Shown here piece after piece: positions 25,801 to 37,400 of a DNA stretch of 64,000 nucleotides. Numbering within the stretch: the stretch's first letter is position 1; each line of letters begins with the position of its first letter. The notes beneath the pieces are model-generated. The model was not told the DNA's origin. It worked only from the letters and a program-made list of their open reading frames with translations, and did not search any database. The stretch comes from Lama glama (lineage: Eukaryota), in contig CM052817.1 of assembly GCA_028534125.1 (NCBI GenBank), positions 93,250,001 through 93,314,000 on the forward strand, in the 5' to 3' direction. Position numbers and translations under genes: made by a program.

Positions 25801-26489
25801 ATGGCCTCTGAGGAAATATTAAGCATATCTCACTATGTTTCCGTAATCACTCTGCCTAGGCTTGATTTCAAGCACGTTCCCATTGTTTTACCTTAAATCA
25901 CATCTGGTGCACCAGAGCCTGATCTACGTCTGATTCTTCATGGCATATGGTTTTATTTTTAAGCCTTCTATGACAACTTCATTGAACTGTTACATGACCA
26001 TTGTGTGAAATTACCTCATTGCGTATGTCTGGGAGCATTGTTTTTCTTCGGTTTGAAGCAATTATTTCATTGGTGTACAACCCAATTGCCTGGAGATAGT
26101 GGTAGAATCAAATTTTACTAAGTAAATGATTAGTCACTGTACGCAAACCATATTGTTATGTGTACATGACAAACACTTGAACTAAGATGCCATGGTTCTT
26201 CCTCTTAAGGCAGACTGTAATGGGGGTGACCAAAGAGCAAAATTTGCGAGTCAAATAAAACAAAGCACACTGAAACAAGTTCTCATTCATTTTAAAGACA
26301 TTTTGTGAAAAGAAAATGGGAACTTCTGCTGAAAGGAGGAAGAAACAGGACACAGTAATGGTGACAACTGAACTTAGTCATTTAAACCCTGCATCTTACT
26401 TCTGATTAATGAATATACATTTAAAAAATTAGAAATACAGAATGTATAAGGAAAATAAATAAAATATTATTAGTAATCCCACAATCCGT

Positions 26490-26715
26490 ATTTATATGTA
26501 GGGATATGTGTATATATGTATGTGTGCATGTTATGTTACTAAATGTTTACGTATCATATATGCAGGTATACTTTGCACACTGGTATATGTTTATATATAC
26601 ACATATATGTGTATATATAGCATATTTGGACACACATTTTTTGTGTATTATATACACACATATACTAATTTATTTATATATGTACATAAATATTGATGCA
26701 TTCACACATACTACT
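26490..26715. repeat. Degenerate (TA/TG/CA)n low-complexity tract
   Basis: Alternating purine-pyrimidine sequence such as tatgtgtatatatgtatgtgtgcatg and tatatatacacatatatgtgtatatata. Confidence 0.8.
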
Positions 26716-27117
26716 GCTATTTTTGAGAGGAGCTGAATAATGACACCCCTCCTTCCTGCCCAGGTTCTTAATCAATTGAGAAATAAGGACTAGAAGGTGA
26801 AGATAATAATGTCTAAGCTTGATAAAGATTAAGTTGGAGAATGTAGTTTTGTTAATGTTTATAAAATATATCTTTATTTTCATAAAGAAAATTCACAACT
26901 TTGTCCATGTTTTTCTTTTTGTGGTTAGTGAAAACTTACCACTCATCTTTGTACTGGATTTGGTAACCACTGTTCTATAGCACACAAGTTTCTCTTGCCC
27001 CAAAATATTACTCCTAACAGATGACAATCTATATTTCAGGGTTGCTTTCCTATTAAGAGCTACTATTCATTAAACACGTGTGCCTGGCACATGTGTTTCA
27101 CTCATGATCTTACCTGA

Positions 27118-27497
27118 TTTTTTTTACATATACATACATATATATAATTTCATATTCTTTTTCATTAGCTCATTATGAGAAATTGAATATAATTCCCTGT
27201 GCTATATATGTTTATGTACTTTATATATAGTAGTTTGTATCTGTTAATCCCAAACTCCTAATCTATCCCTCCCCCACCTTCCCCCCGGTAACCAGTTTAT
27301 TTTCTATGTTAGTGAGTCTATTTCTGATTTGTAAATAAAATTTGTATTTTTTTTTTTTTAGATTCCACACGTAAGTGACATCATATTTGTCTTTCTCTGT
27401 CTGAATTACTTCGCTTAATATGATAATCTCTAGGTCCCTCCATGTTGTTGCAAATGGCATTATTCCATTCATTTTTATGGCTGAGTAATATTCCATC

Positions 27498-27563
<66 letters not shown>

Positions 27564-27659
27564 CCCCCACATCTTCTTTATCCACTTATCTGTCAGTGGG
27601 TATTTAAGTTGTTTCCATGTCTTTCTTGGCTATTGTAAATAATGCTGCTATGAACACTG
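27118..27659 (-). mobile_element. Lineage-type L1 3' fragment (ORF2 C-terminus plus 3' UTR)
   Basis: Minus-strand peptide YTMEYYSAIKMNGIMPFATTWRDLEIIILSEVIQTEKDKY is the L1 ORF2 C-terminus. It is followed by the G-rich 3' UTR, with a T9 run at the left end. Confidence 0.95.
27499..27556. repeat. (TA)29 microsatellite inside L1
   Basis: 58 bp of perfect TA repeat. Confidence 0.97.
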
Positions 27660-29041
27660 AACTTTATATACAATGGTATATTAAGCCAAGACAAGGGAGA
27701 ACATAGCTCTGTGTGAGAAACCAAAGGATCAGCTTATTGAAGTCCAAAATTCTGCACTAATCCACCCAACCACAGGCAATTCTGGACCTGGGGAGAACAA
27801 GTTCCACTAGTGGATGGCTTGGCTCTGGAAGAGCAGAGTAGAATTTATCCTCCTGTAAGTAGGCTGGCTCCCATAAAAGGAGAAAAGTACGAGCCAAGTT
27901 TAGTCTTTACAAATGTACAGGTATATGTAATTATTATGTTATATATATGTAATGACATTACATATACTTTATTTAACATATATGTAATTACAAATGTATA
28001 TGATGTAGAGATGCAACCCAAGAAAGTACATTTTCAAGAAATTAGCCATTATTATTCTAATTTTCAAGCCAGATTATATCTAGCCATGTTGTCTTATACA
28101 GGTTATCAGAAATTTTGCAATGAGATTAGATGACAACAGTGTGAAAGTTTCATAAAGGCATAAAGACCTTCGATTCATAAAATTCCAGCAATAAAGATTC
28201 CCTAATTTTCTCTCTAAGCCCTCTGCCAATATTAAATTTCTAAAAAGAAATTGAAGTTCAAAGAATAAATACACTGGCAAGTTAAATGCAAAGGAAATAA
28301 GGCTCAAAATCAAATCCCTTTGACTTTAAAAGATAAAGTCCAAAAGTTGTCCTTCCCAATTTGTAATTCTGCTCCGTTCAGTCAGAGGAGTTCACCACAA
28401 ATGGGTAGAGCTTTGTATTTGTTTTGTTTTGTTTTTTCCCCAGCAAATACAGCCTGGGAAGTGTGTGGATCTTTTAAGGCCTCAGAAATTCTTAGCTCAG
28501 TGTCAAGACACTTCATTCTCACTCTAATCAGACTTTTAAAAATAAGACTCAAAAAGTAAACTTAACCCCACACCCACCAAATTTAGAATATAAGCCAAAC
28601 CCTCACCTGTAGAGCAGTGATCCATGGTACAATCCTGTTCCCTAAATCCAATACACAGTATTGTCAAAGGCCATCCCACTGGTGTCTGAGGAAGAGCAGA
28701 TGGTAGATGGTGAGCATCTTGGCTTCAGCATGGCTGCATTGCCAGCTGGTCTACTTTTCTGGAGTCTACAACCTGTGAATTTAATTGATAGGAACATCCC
28801 AGCAAATGATTAATTCTGTCACTACGAATTTACCGCATGTAGAGTGGGGGACATTCCAGATGCCTAATGTCTTGAGATGCTGCCATTTTTGTTCACAGTG
28901 GCAGTGCCCCTCCCTACTAACAAGATGTTATTTGAGAATCCTTTCTTTTTCACCCAACCTATTCAAAAACTCTTCACTCCCAGTTCCCTTTAAGCATGAG
29001 TTTTAAAGATGGTACTGACTCCTAGGTATTCTGGGAGGTAT

Positions 29042-29062
29042 TGTGTGTGTGTGTGTGTGTGT
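29042..29062. repeat. (TG)10 microsatellite
   Basis: Directly visible. Confidence 0.95.
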
Positions 29063-29496
29063 AGTGGCACCTTCCTTTGCTTCTTGGAATAGAATTAGTC
29101 TGGCCTAAAAAAACAAAAACAAAAACAAACAAAGAAAAAAACCCCACCTCCTAGAAAAGGATTTCACCTTAGGGTCACATTTATTTCTGCTGAAAAAGCG
29201 GCCTCAGAATTTCTGAACTGAAGCTACTATAGAGACTGTTGAGCCATGTGCCCTGAGGTCCCAGAGAGGACAGGTGCCTCAGCCACGTGGTCCTCTAATG
29301 TCTAGACAGTTTCCTTCTTTTCCATCCCACAAATCTCCTGGCTGCTGGGATACCCACATGCTCAGCTACAATAATTGTGTTGAAACTCACCCAAACATCC
29401 TTCTCTAGTTTCATTTTCTATGATCGAGCCTTTGGACAAGACACACAATTTGAGGTCAAGTGCACCAGTCTCAACCCGTACTGTGCATGCAGAATA

Positions 29497-29515
29497 GAGC
29501 GCCACCTACCGCCAC
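29497..29515 (-). promoter_or_regulatory. CTCF-like motif
   Basis: Minus strand GTGGCGGTAGGTGGCGCTC: perfect 3' half (AGGTGGCGCT), one mismatch at the first core C, two CpGs retained. Confidence 0.4.
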
Positions 29516-30699
29516 TTAATGCAAAAGACCTTAAGCCACAGCCACATGATAATTTATATTTTAACCATTTAAGGCTAGAAGCTCCACAGTGTTCTGTGGT
29601 TCCTGTGTAATTGCTGATTTGCCATGTACATGCAGGTTACAATCTCACTTTAGCCTGGCCAGTGATAGCAGGCCAAGCTGTGCCTGCATCAGGATAAATT
29701 ACAGCAGCCTGCAGCCTTAGGCCTTGGCACCTGCCAAAGACACCGCTTTGCTGAAGCCCTTGTGTTAGAATACAAGTTTAAGGTCAAACTGGAGCAATCT
29801 GCACTCTGAAGCCATCTGTGCTGGCTAAAGGCCCGTGTCTTTGGCCCTATCTCCACAGAAAGTCTTTCAGGGTCAGAAACACAACAAGTTGCAGCCACCT
29901 GGCAAAGCCAAAAATACCTAGTGACTAATGCTTCACGACCCTTAGCTGGCTGTCAGCAGTTCAAAGCTAAGTTTGCAAGGTAAAAACCTACCTGGTCTAG
30001 TGTAAGACAGACCACCGATGTCAAAATCCCCTGCCTAGGCATTAAAGACTAAGAGCGCATCAGAAGTTCATTCCACAGGAAACGTGCTTTCCAGATTCTT
30101 ATCTCCTTTTCCACATTCTCAGTCCTCAAATATGGAGTTTAAACATACATATACATGGTTTTAAACATATATAAAAACATATATATATATCAATCGCAGA
30201 GTACACATTCTCATACTATCATCTAAATTTATCAAAATAAATAAAATAAAATAATTACCTGATATATATATGTTTTTCCTTTATATGTCCAGTATTTATT
30301 TATTACAATGTATTAAATTGAACATATGTAACATGCAATTTAGTAAAATATATATAATACATATATTCAACTTAATATTTTAATAGATAAAATAAATACC
30401 TGATATATATTTTAAAAGATATATATATTGGGTATTTATTTTATTTTACTAAATTTATTTCATACTATACAGAGAATTATATATTCTATGTTCATGCATC
30501 AAAAGTACTTTAAAAGATCTTTCCTGATATCATTATTACAAAATGAAAAAAAATTAAAATATTTTAAATACCAATACCCCAAGAACCCTGTGAAAACACC
30601 AAATAACATGATAAAGCTTTATGAAAGTAAACAGGTTCCTGCTTATCCTCCAGTTTGGCTATCTATAGGCAACTATTTTTAATTCTTTTAGCTAATTCT

Positions 30700-30983
30700 T
30701 TTATTTATTTGGCTTGAGATGTAATTGATATATAATATTATATTAGTTTTAGCTGTGCAACATAATGATTTGGTATTTGTATGTATTGTGAAATGTTCAC
30801 CACAGTAAGCTTAGTTAACATCTGTCTCCTCACATAGTTAAATTTTTTTGTCTTATGATAAGAAGCTTTACAATCTACTCTCTTAGCAACTTTCAAATAT
30901 GCAATATAGTATTATTAACTACAGTCACCATGCTATACATGACATCCCAGGGCTCATTTATAGCTGAAGTTTGTAACTTTTGA
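30700..30983 (-). mobile_element. L1 3' end (L1MA9/laurasiatherian type)
   Basis: ttgagatgtaattgatatataatattatattag...caacataatgattt...tctactctcttagcaactttcaaatat...agtcaccatgctatacat. Degenerate flanking repeats ttagctaattcttt / ttagttggttcttt. Confidence 0.85.
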
Positions 30984-31419
30984 TTCTTAGTTGGTTCTTT
31001 TTGTTCTTACTATATCCCTCAATACTATCTTGTACTGCTGTTTTTTAATTATTCAGTTTTAGGATTTATTTATTTACTCTGTTGTATCTTAATCCACCAA
31101 CCACTTACTATAGTTAAATCACGATTTACAATTAAATGAAGAAACTATGTAAATGTAGCTTACTTGAAATCCAAATAGTTTATTTTTGTGCAGCTTTTTG
31201 ATTTACCAAGTCTCTAGTTTCCCTTTTCATCCACTATAATTCTTTATGCAAATACTGTATTTCAACTCTTTAGCTTATCAGACATTCTATGGAGTGTCTG
31301 ATTGTTTTACTGACTTCACTCAGGACCACTCTGTCCTTCACCTGTCATCTGGACAAGTCATGTTTTAGGGCAGATTTGAAGTGATCATCCTGGGATTTTT
31401 CTCTTGGGAAGGAGACCTC

Positions 31420-31910
31420 TTTTTCTGGAATTTATCTTTTTCTTTCTTGGATTACTACATTGTTTTGCTAGAGCAAAGAGTGTGTGGGAAGTGATTTCTG
31501 AAAACTGTGTGTCTAAAAATGTGTTTATTCCAAATACTTGACTGACAATCTGGCTAGACATAGGATTTTTCACCCAATCTGTTCCTCTCAGATCTGAAAG
31601 CGTTGCTCCGTGACTAGCACTAGTGTGACTGATGAGAAGGCTGGTACCAATATGATCATTCCACTGTAGATGATGACTCCATTTCTTTCTGGAAATTATT
31701 AAGACGTTGTCTTTATTCCTTTGGTTCTAAATTACGCAAATACTTGTCAAGAAAAGGGAATTTTTTATACATTTATTTGGCGTTCAGAAGGTGGTTTCAA
31801 CATGGAGACATGTCCGTCAACTCTGGCAAATTCTCTTGAATTGAGTCTTTGATATTTTACAGACTTCTCTTTTCTATGCCCTCTCATTGTAAATTGCTAT
31901 CAGTCAGGCC
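31420..31910 (-). mobile_element. Old L1 5'/ORF1-region remnant
   Basis: tgtgtctaaaaatgtgtttatt...ctggctagacataggatt...tgatgagaaggctggtacca...caactctggcaaattctcttg, typical antisense L1M ORF1 words. Confidence 0.6.
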
Positions 31911-32643
31911 AATATGATTATTTGTTATTCAATAAACAACTTCAAAAATGAGGTACAGGTGCTTGGTTTGGAGTCTCAATCATCTTGGATCTCACAGAAA
32001 AAAATCAACAGTTCCTTGAGGGCTGAATTTTCAAACCTTCTCTTAGGCAAGATCACAGAACCAGGGCTGGATTTCTCCCAGAGGTCATGTAAAGACCAAC
32101 CCCTTTATTTTGTAGGTGTAAACACCTGGATAACTAGGTAAATTTTCCAAGGTCTTATAGCCAGTTAGAGGCTGGATTAGACTGAAAGATTCTCATTTCC
32201 TAGCTGGGTTCCTTTTCCACTGCATAACATTTTCATCATCTCTCACAATTCAGTGACTTGGAGCACAAATTCACACATCTTAAGTTCAAACGTGATGTGT
32301 ATAGTTTCCAAAGGGAACCCTACCAACTGTTAGTAAAACAAACAAAAAATGGAAAAGGGCTACCAAGCTGGCAGAAACTGAAGACCCTTCAGAGTAGGGG
32401 ATTTTAACTATCCCTGCTGCCATTAACCACTGCTGACAACTTCTTCTGCAACTGCCTATGAAGCCGTTTGCTAAGATACACAGTGGTCATAACATAATAC
32501 ATATTTAATATTTAAACATAACATTGCTTTCTTGGAAATGATTATCAAAGAATTGTTTAAATTATATAAAGTTTTAAATGCACATAGAAAACTTGTTGTA
32601 GTAGAACAAGCGCCTTAGAATAAGCATGAAGACCAAATTGTGG

Positions 32644-33035
32644 TATTAAAGAAAACCCAAAATGGAGCCCACAGTTTGAGTATCCAACCATTCACAGCCA
32701 TGTAACCCAAACTTAAACTGTTCTGATTTCCCTGAAATGCTGACTCTGATCTCAAATAAAACTCAAGCTTTCTTCCTGTCAGCATCACCATGCTGCTCTT
32801 AACCAATTAGCTACAAAGAAGTAAGCTGATGCAGTGCTTCGATCCTAAAAGGAATGTAACTTTCTAGTAAACAATCACAATACAAAACAACGTACTTCCT
32901 CACTCACGCTTTATAAACTGTAACTGTTGAGGGCACAGCACTTTTGGTTTTGAAGTCTTCCTGTTTGCAAACAGTTTGTTTCTTGCTTGATAAGATATTT
33001 TTATCAACTAACGCTCTCCAGATTTTCTTTTGATA
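32644..33035 (+). mobile_element. ERV1-like solo LTR (decayed)
   Basis: Starts tattaaagaaaacccaaaatggag. Contains aaccaattag, tttataaa and a T-rich end cttttgata (decayed TG...CA). Confidence 0.55.
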
Positions 33036-33899
33036 GTTTCTCCCCTACCCACTAGGTCCGCCACTATAGACAAGTCAAACTCCACGAGTTTCTTCATTAG
33101 TAAAATGTGGAAACAATAATAAGATTTATTAGAATATTCCCAGACTTGGATGAAATTATGCATATAAATTAATCAGCACAGTGGCTGGTACATGGACTGT
33201 GCTCATAAAAATGTGTTAAGTCAATGAATGTTAGTTTATGTTGCTTGTCATATGTACTTCCCGTAAGATTTCTCATGCATATAATTATTTGACAAATATG
33301 TCCTCTAAATGTTAAAGGGTCTGAGGAGCTTTGTTCTCATCTAAAGTTGCTGACATGTCATGTTATCTCAGTTGATTTGCTTATAAGCAAGTAAGAAAAA
33401 AGCTACAAATGACTTCTTACCGAGAGGATGATTTAGGACACATGTCCTTTTTGATATGACACAGTTAGAACATTTTGCACTATGTTAAAGTAGGGTCTTC
33501 ACTGAATAAAAATGATCTTTTTCTCTAATGATGTATTCACAGGATTACGAAATGTATATATACTCAAAACATACTGTAATAACTGATCATCTCTGGTAAA
33601 GATAAATGTTTAAGTGCTGCTCAATATTCATTCACAAAATTAATGCAACTGGTCATTCATTCAACTCATTTGTTCATTTATTTATTGGATATTTATTGAA
33701 CTCCAAATCAGTGATTCTGAGATGCTGAAGTGAAAGTCATTGCCCCAAGGCTAGCAGTCTTACCTCCCTTATCTAATTCTCTTGGGGAAAAAAAGGAACA
33801 GTACAGGAAATTAGAACAGAAGTGGGTGAATGTTCCTTGCTGTTGCTGTGTACTTAGATTAGTCCTTCCTCGTCCAAAAACTATATCAAGGATATAAGC

Positions 33900-34215
33900 C
33901 AGCACCGTCCTGGAGAAACAAAATACAAACGACACGTGTAAGCTCAAATGCTCTTGTAGCCACATGAAAACAAGTTAAAAGAAATAGGTGAAATTAATTT
34001 TAATAATATATTTTAACCTCATCTTTTCAAAATATTACCATGGCAACATGTAACTGATTCTAAGATCATTAATGAAACAGTTTACATTCTTTTTTTCATA
34101 GCAAGTTGTTGATATCTCTTATGTATTTTGCACTTATGATGTAGCTTAATTTGGACTAGCCGTATTTCAAGTGCTCAACAGGTTCATGTAACTAGCGGTT
34201 AGCATACTAGTGCAG
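33900..34215. mobile_element. MER33-like hAT-Charlie element
   Basis: gtagccacat...aaaagaaataggtgaaattaattttaataatatatt...caacatgtaa...ggactagccgtatttcaagtgctcaa. Confidence 0.85.
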
Positions 34216-34219
34216 ATTA

Positions 34220-34445
34220 CAGTCAGGCTTTAGGATGTGGACATATCTTTTTAGAGGTCATCATTCAATCCACTACATTCCCCTACAGCCCCTAGAAGGA
34301 TTGCAGCTCCACCAACGCTTTGATTTTAACCCAGTGATACCCATTTTGAACTTTTGATCTTCAATACTGACACTGCAAGGTAATACATTTGTCTTATTCT
34401 AAGCAAATTTGTGGTCATGTGTTTCAGCGGCAATGGGAAACTAGG
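34220..34445. mobile_element. MLT1 pieces (antisense 5' end at 34220-34277 abutting a sense MLT1D-like 3' half)
   Basis: ttaggatgtggacatatctttt...cattcaatccactaca, then ccctacagcccctagaagga...ttgattttaacccagtga...gcaatgggaaacta. Confidence 0.7.
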
Positions 34446-37400
34446 AGGGTTTATCTCAAATCTTGTTTCCTCCAGCCAGTGGTCTTTTATTGAAACCACT
34501 GAGTAAGAAGCATGTTAGTAATCTACCAGTAGGAAAGACATGTGAAGATATCCCCCTGGCAAATGAAACTCTGGCTTGAAGCTTGAGAGCAAAGTAAGAG
34601 TTATGAAACCAAGTAACTGATTCAAGAACGATAATGATCCAGATACTTGGAATAAAAGCTGCAGCATAGTCTGGACTAAAGGTCAATTGGTCAATATATT
34701 ATATCTTCTGATACATTTCTGTAACCAGTCATTATCTCTAAGGCAGAAAGTGGTCCCAGTCTGAGGCTTTCTGAAGAATAATACCAATGAATTTGCTTAG
34801 CCAGAGTGATCACACGGGAAAGGGAGGAAGTCAGTAAGGAAGAAAGGAAGAAAGGGAGAAAGGAAGGAAGGAAAGGAAGATGGATCTGTGAAAATTCAGA
34901 ATTCATCAAAATAATAGCCCAAAGATCAAGTATCTGTGTCACATGACCCAATGCCTGCGAAATAATGAGAACAAAATCTGAACCTGGTATCATATTATAT
35001 CAAACTTTTAATCCTATGAAGCAGCATTAAAACAGGACATTTAGCTAATACTTTATAGAGAAGTAAGCTAGGTCCCATAATGTTTTTAATATCAGTATCT
35101 GATGTATTGCTTAATTAATTTTTGTTGAAAATAGTATAACTAAACTGCCAGGGATACGTATTGGCTGGCTGCTTTCTGTGTGTATAAATTTCCTAGTGTA
35201 TATTCCTACAGAAGGTACATTAAAATAATAGAGTTTAAGGCATAATTAAGAATTAGCAAAAGGAATCTAGGCCAATTAATAAGGCCCTAGAACTCATTAT
35301 TAAACAAAATATCTACTGTTTTTCAGACTGTGGGGAATATTAGTTAGAGACAACAGGAAAAAAAAGCATTTAGTGTTCCTGTTGTCACTTAATTGTTGAG
35401 AGTCACCGAGCAAGGGAGTAGAAAGGACTTCATCAGATGGGATAAGCCAACAGACCACTCTAAAAGGAAGCCAGACAAACAGGAAGAGATTCAAAGGAAT
35501 TTATCATCAATACATCTCTAATAACTGGTAAAAAGATAAGCAAAGAAACAAAATTGTGGACAGAATCACCATTGACATGTATAATAATTGGGGGGAATAA
35601 AATATCTTAAGGTAGAATAAAATTAATTTGTGAATCTTGAGAATACAATTTTTACCATATAAGCATAAAGAAATGAATGTAAATTTTCTCTAATAAATTT
35701 TCTAAAGGGGAGCAAATTGGATTAAAATTTTTACAATATGAAATATTTAAAGGTAAAGTATTTGCATATTGAGATTCATTGACTACCCCCAAAATAATTT
35801 TTAAAAGCTTCATAAGATAAAGATTAGAATGTCCAACTTTCTCTTTCAAGACATCGATTACCAGAGATATGTAGGTTTGACAATACACAGCATTGACAAT
35901 TTTTACAACCTAAGTGTATTTTAATCATAAGCACAAAGTGTAAAATGAAGGAAACATTAGTCCAGTTCATTCTGATGCAAATAAACTATTGGATACAAGC
36001 AAGGTTTATAAGAAAATGTTGTAATAGCATTTTGTTTTGCTTATTTCACTGCACAAACATTAATAATCTTCAGATGCGATGCTGGGAGATGTTTTCAAAT
36101 TTGACAGAGTACAGATGTCTTTTGGTAAGACTGATCCAAGAATAGTCTATTTCTGCCACAACTCAGCCTTTATTACAGAAACAAATTCACTCAATTTATT
36201 TGCTCAAGTGTTAGAGTGGGCACAAAGAAGGCAGAAATGGAAAATTCCACCTCTCATTAATTGTAGCCAAAAAAAAAAAAAAAGCTGTGCATTGTTCATC
36301 TTTCCTTTTATATCAAGGTAATTACATATTTTTTGTTTTTTCTTCCCCATACTCTTAGAATTTTATTATTTTTTTCCACTTCTAAATCCAGAAATTTAAG
36401 TCTTGGTGTTTCCCTAACTGAGCTATTTATGCCACACATACATAGTTTCTTTATTTCTCCTACAAGCATCAGTTCATTTAGTTTTCAAATGACTGAGTGA
36501 GGAGGACAGACTAATGGCCCTTGACACAGGTCTGACTGAAATAGTGGGTAGGAATATCAGGATGTGAATCCACATTTGGCTAACTCCAAGGCCATCTACC
36601 TTCTATTATATGACAATAAGTTTACCTTTACTGCAATTCGCTTAGCTTCTACAATCATTGAAGTTTGGATGAAAATATTTGTTTACTGAAGAAATTTATT
36701 TTCACCTCAAATATTTCAAAATCCCTGAGTATACTCTATTCTACAATTCTATTTTATAGTTCTGATGGCCTTGTGTAGTGCCTGCTATTAAACTCAACGC
36801 ATTATCCATTTCTTCTAGCCAATGGGAACTGAGAATGGCTGTAACATTGAGGAAAACAAATATTTAAACTGTGGTCAAAATGGTTTATAGTGTCATCATT
36901 TTGTAACTTTCACTGAATCAGAAATATGGAAATGCTTGCATATGATATCATTTCTAGTGAAGCCAAGTATCTTGGCCTTCATGATAAGTTATGATGATGT
37001 CAATGCTTAAGACATTTTCAAAATTGTTATTGTTTATTAGTCTCTTTCCTTCTATCCTCTTTTTTTTTTTGATTGTCCATAAATTGTGACAGGCTGCCTT
37101 CTTAACTCTTTTGATTTTAATGCTCACTAACTTATGTGAGAAAATTTAAATGTTTCCAAAAAGGAAGCTCGTTTATTAGGTAAAGCATACTGTCTTGTTT
37201 TGAAATTCCACAAAAATGAGAACACTAGTTACAATTTAATCCATTGTGGCCTTAAGGGAAGAGAGCATTTTCTGTCAAGGAAAACTGTAATTCTTACAGG
37301 TATTCTGTCTCCAACCCTAAATCTGTCTCTATAACTTAATACTTTGCCTTCTAAGAAATATGTTGGAACAAATAGCCAAAGAGATGATTTTTGGTTAAAT

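Noticed and set aside
27263..27642. ORFs with YIYIYI runs as protein genes
   Set aside because: Translation of a (TA)n microsatellite fused to the L1 ORF2 C-terminus.
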